From an uncultured delta proteobacterium (GTDB lineage Bacteria; Desulfobacterota; Desulfomonilia; Desulfomonilales; Desulfomonilaceae): a stretch of DNA of 64,000 bases. This document shows, one piece after another, positions 43,167-52,473 of the stretch (its first letter is position 1; each line of letters opens with the position of its first letter). Location of the stretch: the NCBI GenBank assembly GCA_963789265.1, contig CAWBKB010000005.1, positions 320,001 to 384,000 of the forward strand. Direction: 5' to 3'. Below the pieces are notes generated by a model. The model was not told the origin of the DNA and searched no databases. It saw nothing but the letters and a program-made list of their open reading frames with translations. A program made the translations under genes and the position numbers.

Positions 43167-43194
43167 AGTATACTCGTAGTATACTTTATGTCAA
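43167..43194 (-). promoter_or_regulatory. tetR promoter with perfect operator copy 3 (AGTATACT-CGT-AGTATACT)
   Basis: Minus strand TTGACA-N16-TATACT, with the palindrome covering the spacer and -10. Confidence 0.75.
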
Positions 43195-43283
43195 CTCCAC
43201 CTTTGCGCCTGCGGCGGCATTGATTTGGGAGCAACCTCGAAAGCCATGGTGGAATCGAGATCGGCCAGTCCGGCCGACAAGGG

Positions 43284-43559
43284 ATTTATAACGGGAAAGG
43301 AGCTCGAACAAGGATTCTACGGTTTGTGTCAGCGATTCAGCGCCTGATCAAGGAGAAGAAACTCCGGTGCATCCAAATCAAGAAAGGAACGAGGGTGTTT
43401 ACCGAGTAGCTTATTGACGAGTTCTTTCGGCGGGAATCTGGACTTGCGATTTATAGAGGCCCCGTGGGCACCAATGCCTTGGGTCCCCATCCCAATCGAA
43501 ACCCCATGTCCATTGAGGACGCTAGCGAATTCATAAATAAGATGTTGCGAGAATCTTGA
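43284..43559 (+). pseudogene. Degenerate excisionase/HTH_17-like gene
   Basis: Manual translation ...SAIQRLIKEKKLRCIQIKKGTRVFTE*LIDEFF..., with an in-frame TAG at 43407; resembles the xis at 63379 (ILRWAREGKIECVRISAKVVLFTAEALNRF). Confidence 0.55.
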
Positions 43560-43661
43560 GCTTCAAGAAGGGGCAGCGAAAGCCATTTCATTGAACTTTG
43601 AGGAGATGCGACGTGTCTCCGAATAGAGAAACCCTCGGAATACATATCCGAAAGGGGCTAT

Positions 43662-43870
43662 TTAGGGACAGAACTCATAATTGAAAAGCTCGATATCGGG
43701 AGCAAAGGTCTTTCTCACGAGCGCAATGCTTTTCTCGCTGTAGAATTTTTGGTATCGCTTGCTTTTGGAAACATTCAGCTTCGGCAGCGTGGCGGAAATG
43801 CCCAAACGAGCACAAATGTGTTGAAAGTCTACCTCCAAATTTTCGAACCGGACCACAAAATCTACTAGGC
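43662..43870 (-). pseudogene. C-terminal fragment of a sulfotransferase family 2 protein
   Basis: DFVVRFENLEVDF...LPKLNVS...YQKFY...FAPDIELFNYEF; the N-terminal part is absent. Confidence 0.65.
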
Positions 43871-43900
43871 CTGACTATACCATTGCCGGTCTTGACGATT

Positions 43901-44167
43901 CTACTGGGGGGCCGGCTCGGTCCATCGGAACACGCGCCGACCCTCCTTGTCCTTAAAAACCCCGCATAGAATTAGTATCAGATCGACCAATGTCCATATC
44001 GACAACCCTCCGAGAGTGAACACCATCAGGATGCCGGTTCCGATTTTCCCCACGTAAAACCTGTGGGCTCCGAATATCCCAACTAGACCGCACAACAGCG
44101 CGGCTACCAGCCTCGACTTGGGTGAGATTTGAGCGCTGTTCACGTTCTCCGTTTCAGATTCATTCAT
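43901..44167 (-). CDS. TM2 (NINE) domain protein
   Basis: KSRLVAALLC..GIFGAHRFYVGKIGTG...TLGG..IWTLVDLILI. Confidence 0.88.
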   Translation of the reverse strand: MNESETENVNSAQISPKSRLVAALLCGLVGIFGAHRFYVGKIGTGILMVFTLGGLSIWTLVDLILILCGVFKDKEGRRVFRWTEPAPQ

Positions 44168-44844
44168 TTGCCCGTCCCCTCTACGCTGACCATTTTTCAT
44201 AGCCATGCCGCGTAATTAATGATCATTGTATACAAATAATATGCCTGACCGCGACGTCAAGCAACTATCCCGCAGTCCATTTAGTTGACTCTGAGACTCT
44301 GAAAAGCCAAATCTGAAATAAAGAAAATAGGCATGACCCCATTCATGCAATGGGTCGTTGACCTGAAAACAGAGGCACCGATGACGCATTATGGTTACTC
44401 TCCCTGAATTCCGGGATGGTACGACAACGAGGGGACCAGGGGAGTCGATTCCCCTGAATATGGAATTAGTTCCATAGAAGCCTTTACTGTTCCTTCCCAG
44501 TTTTTCGCCTCGCCCGATCACCTGCCCGGCAGTCACGGCTCCACCGATAATGGTTGTGGCAGCGAATATAGGTGGCACCATAAGTTCTGATCCTGTCCAA
44601 TGGCCGTAAACCAAACACCCGTAGAGCCGATATCCTGGCCGGGCCTAATCAGTTGACTTGTTTGTGCCCTATTTTTCACTCACGTAGGTTCGGTGAATTG
44701 GCAACTATGAACCAGATCAATGAGTTTTGGCATGAATCTGGCATTTCCCATTGACTGTGCCCAGCAACAAGAGGGCCGGAACGGGCCAAGATTGCAAAGG
44801 TAAAGGACTCTTTGAATGCAAGTGTTCAGTGGTCGAACAGCATG

Positions 44845-45037
44845 CACCGTCCCGCGAGACGCGGAATGCGCAGAGCACTCGGAGAAAATATATTGGCTTG
44901 TTTGGCACCACATGAGTCAACCTAGCGCACCCTTGGCAGGCACTGCGCTCACTCTCACAGGCCGCAATTCGCGGTGCCTCATCAGATAGGCACGTAGAAA
45001 AATAGAATTCTCCGCGGTCTCTGCGCTCTCCGCGGTG
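44845..45037. repeat. Inverted pair of CACCGCGGAGAGCGCAGAG-type repeats; the left arm carries the 19-bp mini-palindrome (44849..44867)
   Basis: Right arm 45010..45037 reverse-complements to CACCGCGGAGAGCGCAGAGACCGCGGAG; left arm is CACC-[GTCCCGCGAGACGCGGAAT]-GCGCAGAGCACTCGGAG. Confidence 0.65.
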
Positions 45038-45101
45038 AACTATCGCTTTTGAATTTTGGAGAGGCTGTCGATAGGATCTTGGATTCGGGAGTTTACCGAA
45101 G

Positions 45102-45395
45102 ATGCTGAAATACAAATGTTTGCTATGCGGAATAGAATGGGGTGATTCTCAGGCCACGGAAGCTGATATTTCACATGGCTACTGTCCCGCATGCATACGA
45201 ACGAGATACACGCAGAGAATTCACGAGGCACAACTAAGAGCCGGTTACTCTGATTGTTTTAACAGGGGTTACAATGACTGTTCGGAAGGGAGTTGCCGCT
45301 ATCGGGCCGCATGCCAGGAGGATTCGGTGGCTAGCTGGAAGAAGAGGCTACTTCAAGCGGTTCATAGTCGGGAAACTGAGGTTCATGGTCTGTAG
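45102..45395 (+). CDS. Small Cys-rich putative metal-binding protein
   Basis: CLLC...HGYCPAC followed by Q..AG..DCF...C....C.....C. Confidence 0.65.
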   Translation: MLKYKCLLCGIEWGDSQATEADISHGYCPACIRTRYTQRIHEAQLRAGYSDCFNRGYNDCSEGSCRYRAACQEDSVASWKKRLLQAVHSRETEVHGL

Positions 45396-45633
45396 AACGG
45401 CAGCCATACTGATAATACTGAACCTCTGCCCTTTTGCTATTGCAGGTGATAGTTCCTATTGTCTATTTGGCCATGCGCCTTATCCTCCGGCTCAGGAGGC
45501 GGTACAAACTATGCCGGGATTGGGAATGTTTGTTTACGGCGATTGCTCTGCTTCTCATCCCCCATGCAGAGTGTGGCATAAGAGTTACCAAATTCGGTTG
45601 GCTGTGGGATCAGGTTATAAGGTGAAGCAATAG
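45385..45633 (+). CDS. Small exported hypothetical protein
   Basis: Signal-like MVCRTAAILIILNLCPFAIA, GAGG RBS, overlaps the upstream stop codon. Confidence 0.4.
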   Translation: MVCRTAAILIILNLCPFAIAGDSSYCLFGHAPYPPAQEAVQTMPGLGMFVYGDCSASHPPCRVWHKSYQIRLAVGSGYKVKQ

Positions 45634-45860
45634 CGGCAGGAGTTGATTGCCTGTTGCTTTCCTGCTTCAGGAATCACTCAGGATTGATTGCACGAGACCG
45701 GCGCGGGTTTGTCGGCAAAAAAGCGCTCACCGCCTATTATTGGTTTTCGTAAGTACGGTCGCGAATTTTCCCGGTAACGCTTGCTTTCCTGCGGAATGCG
45801 GGAAAGCAAGCTTCTTCCGGACCGATTTCCTAACATCATCGTTTTGGCAAGAAGCAGTAC

Positions 45861-47606
45861 TTAGTGACCCAATATTTGCGACTCTTCTGCTTCGGCCTCT
45901 TTCTCACCCATTATATTTTCCAGACTTAAACGCCGATCAATTCTCCCCACAAGGGATTCAAGCCTGTCCATACGGAGTAAGTCTCTGACATGACCCTGTG
46001 CACCTACCAATTTCAGTTTAATCTCCTCCGAGGACAATTCCTCATACAGATTACGCAGCATTTGAGCGCCTTCAAGATCGACATGGTTCGAAGTTGACAA
46101 ATCAAACACTACAAGTTCAACTGGAGGATCCTGTGCTCTAACGTGCTCAAGAATATCATTAAAGATATTTCCCACATTGAAATACAAGAGGTCTCCCTCT
46201 ACTCGACACGCAAGAAGGCCCGGAACAGTTTGGTTTTCCGGATGTCGATCAATTCCGCCGAATTCATCGGTTCCCGGAATGCGTCCGAGAATTGTTACCG
46301 TGGGGTGCGCTACCCGACGAACCAGCATCAGAAGCGACACGACCGCGGCTACGAGAACGCCCTTCAAAATCCCGAGAACCAAAACCGCTACCACCGTGAC
46401 AATCGCTACGACGAATTCCGGCTTACTTACCCGCCTCAAATGATTCAACTCGTGAAAGTTGACCAGACTCTTGGCAGCAACCAAAATCATCGCGGCCAGA
46501 ACTGGTTGCGGCAGATTGCGAAACAACCCGGCGAGAAACAACAGTACCAGCCCGCATGCAGAACAGGCCACCAGCATGGACACCGGAGTCTTTGCGCCTG
46601 CGTGCTCATTTACCGTTGACTGGGACAGGCCAACTGCCACGGGAAATCCCTGACCGAGTCCTACCGCCAAATTAGCTGCACCTGCGGCTAGAAGCTCCTG
46701 CCGCGAGTCTATCGAATAGTGATGTTTTGACGCAAACGTACGAATCATGGAAATCCCTTCCACATAGGCCAGCAGAAAGCAGCCGAACGCAATCGGTATA
46801 AGGTCTTCAATGTCGCTTAGACTCAGTGAAGGGAGACCAAAGTGTGGAAAACCCTGAGGCACGGTGCCGATTATTTGGACCCCGTAATCGGAAAGTTTCG
46901 TCAATGACATTACAATAATGGACAGCGCCACAACGATCAAAGGAACTATTCCTTTAGACAGGATTCGCTGCCCGATTAATATTAGAATCAGCGCTCCCAC
47001 GCCTACCGCCAGCGCTGCGAGGTTGGTATTGCCCAAGTTTTGACCTAGGTGATACATACGTTCAAAAAAATTGTAGCCTACCCCTTTGATTCCCATGATT
47101 TTCGGCAACTGAGTGGACGCTATCACGAGAGCTGCACCCAGCCTGAATCCACTGAGAATCGTCTCGGAAATGAAGCTGACGACATCACTCAAACGCAGCA
47201 CCCACGCGAAAAAACCTATGATTCCTGTCAATATGGCTGTAAACGCAGCCATTTCGGCATATCGAGTGGCATCTTGGATTCCCATTGCTCCTAAAGAAAA
47301 CCCGATCATTATTGAAACAGTGGCGCTTGCCGCAACAGCGGCGTGCCGCGAAGTAGTGAAAAAACTATAAATCAATCCGGCTATCAGGAAGGCGTACAGA
47401 CCGTGTTGCGGAGCGAGTCCCGCAAGCGAAGAATTGACGAGTGCTTCAGGAATGGAATAAGCCGCGAGTGCCAATCCGGCTATCAGGTCGAATCTCAACC
47501 ATGACTTCCTGTATGAGGGAAGCCATTCCAAAATGGGCAGGACTGATTTGAGCCAGCCTGTGCCGGAATCGGCAGTAGAATCCTCGCTGTCCGGTACAGC
47601 AGCCAT
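45861..47606 (-). CDS. SulP/SLC26 family anion transporter with STAS domain
   Basis: DLIAGL, GLYA, QELLAAGAANL and C-terminal STAS (LLYFN, DLSTSNHVD). Confidence 0.93.
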   Translation of the reverse strand: MAAVPDSEDSTADSGTGWLKSVLPILEWLPSYRKSWLRFDLIAGLALAAYSIPEALVNSSLAGLAPQHGLYAFLIAGLIYSFFTTSRHAAVAASATVSIMIGFSLGAMGIQDATRYAEMAAFTAILTGIIGFFAWVLRLSDVVSFISETILSGFRLGAALVIASTQLPKIMGIKGVGYNFFERMYHLGQNLGNTNLAALAVGVGALILILIGQRILSKGIVPLIVVALSIIVMSLTKLSDYGVQIIGTVPQGFPHFGLPSLSLSDIEDLIPIAFGCFLLAYVEGISMIRTFASKHHYSIDSRQELLAAGAANLAVGLGQGFPVAVGLSQSTVNEHAGAKTPVSMLVACSACGLVLLFLAGLFRNLPQPVLAAMILVAAKSLVNFHELNHLRRVSKPEFVVAIVTVVAVLVLGILKGVLVAAVVSLLMLVRRVAHPTVTILGRIPGTDEFGGIDRHPENQTVPGLLACRVEGDLLYFNVGNIFNDILEHVRAQDPPVELVVFDLSTSNHVDLEGAQMLRNLYEELSSEEIKLKLVGAQGHVRDLLRMDRLESLVGRIDRRLSLENIMGEKEAEAEESQILGH

Positions 47607-48019
47607 TTTGATACCCCCATACGGGCAGTTCCGATGCCCGAGACGGGATCGGAAACATGAATCTGAACCACGAATCCGTTGACAGACGGATTACCGGGAA
47701 ATATTTTTCCAATTTCTCCCTACCATCGAGAAAATGCTACCACAAGCCTGATACGATTTATAGCGGTTCACTAAAATCCCATCCGAATGGTTCGTGTTTT
47801 TGGCTCTTCGCGTAAGTGCGTACCTGACTTGACCACTGAAAGAGGACAAGATTTCCGGCTGTAATTGCGGACGCCTCTCATAGATGATAGCCCACAACGT
47901 GAATTCCTGAGCGCCATACTGGCTGCTTAAATCCTTCGGATCTATCTTGCATCTAACATCATTAGATGACTTGTCTCAAGAGCGGGTGCAACCATCCGCA
48001 GCATAAGGAGGAAAGTCAA

Positions 48020-48310
48020 ATGCCCAGAAAATGGTCTATTATGGCGTTTGTGGTAAGCGGGGTAGTAGCTGCTTTGATTGCGGCGACTGCGGGTCCCGCT
48101 CTGGCGGGCGGGTCGTGTGCATCTTCGTACAGGGCATGTACGGTGAGTTGCCAAGGTGACAATCAATGCGTGCATAATTGTATTAACGCATACGCATCGT
48201 GCAACGCCCAACAAGGTATTACTCTGGGTCCGCCCAAAAACCAACCAACCTGGCACCTCCAACAAAGGTCAAAGATGGGCTGGCCTCCCGGAAAGCCCTT
48301 CGGCAGATAA
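48020..48310 (+). CDS. Exported six-Cys small protein; the C-terminus may continue after a frameshift
   Basis: AAGGAGG RBS, signal peptide ending ALA-G, spacing C-x6-C-x3-C-x5-C-x3-C-x6-C. Confidence 0.65.
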   Translation: MPRKWSIMAFVVSGVVAALIAATAGPALAGGSCASSYRACTVSCQGDNQCVHNCINAYASCNAQQGITLGPPKNQPTWHLQQRSKMGWPPGKPFGR

Positions 48311-48483
48311 GCAACCTGTCAGTGGTGGGTTGCAACCGGTAGCTGGAGTCGGCATCAATCAACCTGGCGACGGCAGTGGCTCCGGCACTACGAAGTTCCA
48401 CGGCTCTCACGTCGGCCACGGGAAACACTTATGTAAGGGCTCTTGTTTCTTCAGCCAAGGTACGCACTTATGCGAAGAACCAG

Positions 48484-48510
48484 AAAAAAGGCCCTGCTGC
48501 TTACAGGGCC
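48484..48510 (-). terminator. Intrinsic terminator downstream of the tRNA 3' fragment
   Basis: GGCCCTG-N7-CAGGGCC followed by TTTTTT on the minus strand. Confidence 0.7.
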
Positions 48511-48524
48511 TCGCTCTTGGTCTC

Positions 48525-48548
48525 TGGTAGGCGCGAGAGGCATTGAAC
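48525..48548 (-). repeat. att-like duplicated 3' end of tRNA-Val
   Basis: TGGTAGGCGCGAGAGGCATTGAAC versus TGGTAGGCGGGAGAGGATTTGAAC at 62005..62028: 21/24 identical, same orientation. Confidence 0.8.
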
Positions 48549-48596
48549 GTCGTTCTCACTGAATTGAATTCTTGAGACCAGTGCGCAGGATTTCGA

Positions 48597-48908
48597 TTAC
48601 CGCCTCAATGATTGACTTGAGCGAGGAGAATTCAGAGTCGCAACTTGCGATACAATAAGATCCTGATTGGCTGTGAGGAGCTTCCCTGCCCGGGCATAAC
48701 TGGTGACGCGAAGAGAGCCACGATCAAAACTATTATCAGTTATTTCAAGTGAATGAACATCTCCATAAGGGTTGCTCGTAACCTGACACAAGATCCAGTC
48801 ACCACGGCCGGAATTTGCAAGAACAACCGCGGGCCGCAGCTTCGCCTGTGATAGATCCGAAAAGGGAAAGGGGACAAGCACTACCGCTCCTGCTGTAGGT
48901 GTGACCAC
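48597..48908 (-). CDS. PemK/MazF family toxin (C-terminus possibly frameshifted)
   Basis: GAVVLVPFPFSDLSQAKLRPAVVL...ILCQVTS; GTG start overlaps the upstream gene. Confidence 0.85.
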   Translation of the reverse strand: MVTPTAGAVVLVPFPFSDLSQAKLRPAVVLANSGRGDWILCQVTSNPYGDVHSLEITDNSFDRGSLRVTSYARAGKLLTANQDLIVSQVATLNSPRSSQSLRR

Positions 48909-49102
48909 GTCAAGTCTTCCTCCGGGCGGTTCCAATCCTTGGCCAATGCCGCTTCACTGAGTAGAGCCGTTTCATTTACCTGTGCTATAGGTGCGTCTTC
49001 GAGTATGGTTACGAGGGCACGTCGCGTGGAGCCTAGTTTTACAGGTTCCAAGAGTGTGACATTCCCTTGTTCGTCAATTGTGGCCTCAACGGTTCGAATC
49101 AT
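48881..49102 (-). CDS. Probable antitoxin
   Basis: 73 aa, GGAGG RBS, ends LLSEAALAKDWNRPEED..W and overlaps the toxin start. Confidence 0.75.
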   Translation of the reverse strand: MIRTVEATIDEQGNVTLLEPVKLGSTRRALVTILEDAPIAQVNETALLSEAALAKDWNRPEEDLTWSHLQQER

Positions 49103-49271
49103 TTGCTGACCTCCATTCCTATAATGTACGACTCCCGTTTGGTCCGTCGAGAAAAGATTTGGACCTATGCTATAATTCGGGGACACCATATGCAATTCGA
49201 GCTACAATCCGCGAATTAGGTAAGGTGTACTCAGATCCCTTTGATCCCATTGACAGAAAATACTGAGGGTT

Positions 49272-49360
49272 GGGGTCAGGCGAGCTCTTGGCTCATGTCC
49301 GAGAATCGCTGGGCCGTAAATGAAGGCTGCGTGAAATGAGCCAAGAGTAGACTTGACCCC
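49272..49360. repeat. REP-like inverted pair (GGGGTCAAGTCTACTCTTGGCTCAT type)
   Basis: GGGGTCA...CTCTTGGCTCAT / ATGAGCCAAGAG...TGACCCC; a further arm lies at 61836..61860. Confidence 0.7.
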
Positions 49361-49379
49361 TTTTCTTTTCGAATAACAC

Positions 49380-50684
49380 TTACTTGGCTCTGCGCGGCGC
49401 GACTATGAATACCAGAAACACCCCTGCAACCACCATGGCTGCCACCGCATAGAGTCCCGCGTCTAAACTCTTGGTCACGTCCTTGACGTACCCTAACATG
49501 GACGGGGCTACGAAGCCGCTCAGATTGCCAATGGAGTTCACCAGAGCAATTCCGCCCGCAGCCGCAGTCCCGCCAAGAATTGCGGTGGGCACGCTCCAGA
49601 AGATGGATATACAAGACATGATGCCCACCATACCCGCGGTCGCTGCAAGTACCGCCAGCCACGTGCTACCACTAAATATGGCGCTAAGCGCGAGACCGGA
49701 GGCGGCAACGATACCGAAGGCCAGCGAGTGCCAGCGTCGCTCGAGATTTCTATCTGAACTGCGGCCCGCCCATAACATTCCCACTATGGCAAGCGCATTA
49801 GGGATCGCGATCAGCAAGCCGACAGTAAGAGTACTCTTTACTCCGGTACTCTTGATCATTTGGGGAAGCCAGAAGCTGAAAACGTACAAGCCTGCCAGTA
49901 AGAAAAAGTACACCAAACAGAAGACCCATACCCTCCATTCTTTAAAACCATCCCGCAAGGAGTGTATGGTTTTTTCTTTCTTCTCCAACTCAATGTTATG
50001 CTGAAGTACTTTCTTCTCGTCCTCGGTGAGCCATTTGGACGCTGCAATACTGTCATCCAGGTACCACAGTGCCACTACGCCAAGAATCACCGAAGGTAGC
50101 CCCTCCAGGAGGAACAACCATTGCCAACCGGTTAACGCGGACGTGCCCGAAAGAGTCTCCATAATCCAACCGGACAAAGGGCCGCCAATGACTCCCGAAA
50201 CAGGATTTGCAGTTAGGAACATGGCGTATATGTGAGCACGCTTGGTCGGCGGGTACCAATACGTCAGGTAGAGTATAATACCCGGAAAGAAGCCTGCTTC
50301 CATGAAACCTAAAAGAAAGCGGCATACATAGAACGAGTTCGCTGAGTAAGAAAGCAAGGTCAAGGCGGACACAACGCCCCAGCTAATCATAATGCGTCCG
50401 ATCCATCGCCGTGGACCGAATTTTTCAAGAAGGAGGTTACTGGGGATCTCAAAAATGAAATATCCGATAAAGAAGATTCCGGCGGCCAATCCGTAAACCG
50501 TGTCGCTGAACCCGAGCTGCTGCTGCATCTGCAGCTTTGCAAAACCCACGTTCACTCGATCCAAATAGCAAATGACGTAACCCACGAACAGGAACGGTAT
50601 CAGACGCCAGGTCACTTTGGAATACGCCGACTCTTCCGTCGCGGCAGTAGGAATGGCTACCGCCTCAGTCCTTGAAGTTTGCAT
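49380..50684 (-). CDS. MFS transporter, anion:cation symporter type (TtuB/RhmT-like organic or sugar acid permease)
   Basis: YLDRVNVGFA, FEIPSN, EAGFFPG, WQWLFLLEG and NSIGNLSGF. Confidence 0.9.
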   Translation of the reverse strand: MQTSRTEAVAIPTAATEESAYSKVTWRLIPFLFVGYVICYLDRVNVGFAKLQMQQQLGFSDTVYGLAAGIFFIGYFIFEIPSNLLLEKFGPRRWIGRIMISWGVVSALTLLSYSANSFYVCRFLLGFMEAGFFPGIILYLTYWYPPTKRAHIYAMFLTANPVSGVIGGPLSGWIMETLSGTSALTGWQWLFLLEGLPSVILGVVALWYLDDSIAASKWLTEDEKKVLQHNIELEKKEKTIHSLRDGFKEWRVWVFCLVYFFLLAGLYVFSFWLPQMIKSTGVKSTLTVGLLIAIPNALAIVGMLWAGRSSDRNLERRWHSLAFGIVAASGLALSAIFSGSTWLAVLAATAGMVGIMSCISIFWSVPTAILGGTAAAGGIALVNSIGNLSGFVAPSMLGYVKDVTKSLDAGLYAVAAMVVAGVFLVFIVAPRRAK

Positions 50685-50794
50685 TTGACTATCCCCTACT
50701 CGCGAAATGTTTAGTGGCAATCACTCCATTGCTTGGGGTACACCGTCTTCTGCAAATGCGGCTCATAGAAAAGATGGCAAATTCAAGAAGACTC

Positions 50795-52404
50795 GGGTGC
50801 CGCTACTTTCTGTCAGGAGTTATGCGGCACGCGGTAGTTCTTGATCCCGGATCTCGGGAGAGTTTGTATCTTCGATGCCGTAGAGGCGTCGCCTCTCCGA
50901 TCTTCGTCTATAATTCCAAAAGAGATCCCAGTCGTTGTTGATGTGAACGGCCCTCAGGTGGATCATGCTTTCCGCTCCATGGATCGTCCAACTCATCCCC
51001 GTGAGTTCCAATCTGTCGTTGATGAGGTTGCGACATGCTCCTTCAATGACCCCGCTGCCGATGGGATAGCCTTTTGCCAAGCAGATTTCGTACCGCATGT
51101 GCTTGCGGTTTCGTTGGAGATACCCGATGACTTGTTCGATGCAATGTTTCTTGGCGCCGGAGAGTTCCTGCTTGGTTAGCATCTGCTTGAGCCCGCCGAT
51201 AAGCCTGCCGGCCCTGCCGCCCAGGAGCATTCTCAATCTCTCCGTCACGAATTCTCTGGCTTGCGGGCTGCCCTCGTCATAAAAGCAAAGAGCGGCTTTC
51301 CCCAAGTGTTCCAGGACGTGAAAGATGTCCAGCACGAAAAAGGCTGCAGGAAAATATGCGCATACCAGTGCCCAGAGAGAACGCTCTCCGTCCAGGATAC
51401 AGACCAGCTCGTTACCTTTCGGCAATCGCTGTTCGACAGCCTTCTTCAGGCGGGCCACCGTCTTTTCCGAACCATCGGTGAGGCTGCCCCACGTAAGCTT
51501 GTCCTGGGGTTTGGGCCTGGAATCGAAACTACCCTCGTCCGATACCTCACGGACAATGTCGTCCTCCGTGCGGACGTAACGTGGAGTGACGTAGGTGGAG
51601 ATCACGGTTGCCATCTTCTTCTTTCCGGGCTTGTCGGGATCAACGGAGACCCTCTCGGGACCGGCCCCGCCTTCCTGGGGCTTACGAATAACCACCCCCT
51701 TCTTGTCTACGGTAGCGACCGTTACCACAGCATCCGGACAAAGATCCGGCGGGGCCTTCTCTGCGTAGTATCGATCCACCTCGTCGCAGACGTCTCCCAC
51801 AATGCTCTCCAGTGAACGAATTGGCATCCTTACGGGAAAGAAGGAACGAAAAATCTCCTCCGCATCCTCGTAGCTCATCGAAACCGCAAGCCGGGAAGAG
51901 AACTCCTGAACCAGGTATGAATAGCCTCTCTCAGGCAAGTTGATCTCTCCATCCAAAGGAAAGACTCCCGGTGAGCCGGTTGCGTGATAGTAGGCTCTCC
52001 GGATGGATATCGTTCCAAAGATGGACCGATATGCACATCCCCTGTCACGAACATATGGCAATCGATGGCCCTGGGGTTCGATGATCTCCTTGCCGGCATA
52101 TCCGGTCCCCTTTTCAGACACAAATTCTTCAAGAGCCGCTTTCCCGACCGCCATCACCATGGGAAGAAGCTGCCTTTCTACTTCCCCGATTTCCATTCCT
52201 TGCGCTGACTCTCGCACAAAGGCGAGAATCTCATTGACCAGCGAGATTATGTTCGGTATTCCTTGTTCCATATCCGGTCCTCCCCAGCGGATACATCGTT
52301 CGCCAAACGTCATGTACCCCATAAGAGGACCGGAAACCACTCCTTTCTCCGTGCTATCTACTCGTTTTTACTTGAGCCACTCATGACAAGAAATCGCGGC
52401 ACCC
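50795..52404 (-). mobile_element. Insertion sequence, ISKra4 family, 1610 bp
   Basis: Imperfect terminal inverted repeats GGGTGCCGC...TGTCA.GAGT at both ends and a perfect 9-bp target duplication AGAAGACTC (50786..50794 and 52405..52413). Confidence 0.92.
50820..52271 (-). CDS. ISKra4-family DDE transposase
   Basis: YRSIFG...R.YY, VDKKGV, LDGE, LDIFHVLEHL, PIGSGVIEGACR and GMSW; uninterrupted frame with GGAGG RBS. Confidence 0.9.
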   Translation of the reverse strand: MEQGIPNIISLVNEILAFVRESAQGMEIGEVERQLLPMVMAVGKAALEEFVSEKGTGYAGKEIIEPQGHRLPYVRDRGCAYRSIFGTISIRRAYYHATGSPGVFPLDGEINLPERGYSYLVQEFSSRLAVSMSYEDAEEIFRSFFPVRMPIRSLESIVGDVCDEVDRYYAEKAPPDLCPDAVVTVATVDKKGVVIRKPQEGGAGPERVSVDPDKPGKKKMATVISTYVTPRYVRTEDDIVREVSDEGSFDSRPKPQDKLTWGSLTDGSEKTVARLKKAVEQRLPKGNELVCILDGERSLWALVCAYFPAAFFVLDIFHVLEHLGKAALCFYDEGSPQAREFVTERLRMLLGGRAGRLIGGLKQMLTKQELSGAKKHCIEQVIGYLQRNRKHMRYEICLAKGYPIGSGVIEGACRNLINDRLELTGMSWTIHGAESMIHLRAVHINNDWDLFWNYRRRSERRRLYGIEDTNSPEIRDQELPRAA

Positions 52405-52473
52405 AGAAGACTCGTTTGAGTCCATCCATTCTAAGGCGAGAATGAACAGGACCTCCTGCCTCCGGCGCTATTT

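Noticed and set aside
41405..43409. Stop-codon recoding at TAG codons in the NrfD-like and xis-like genes
   Set aside because: The NrfD-like gene continues in another frame, not in-frame, and the xis-like sequence is also degraded at its N-terminus.
44216..45115. ORFs 44216..44614 and 44717..45115
   Set aside because: No recognisable motifs, and the second ORF is built largely on repeat DNA.
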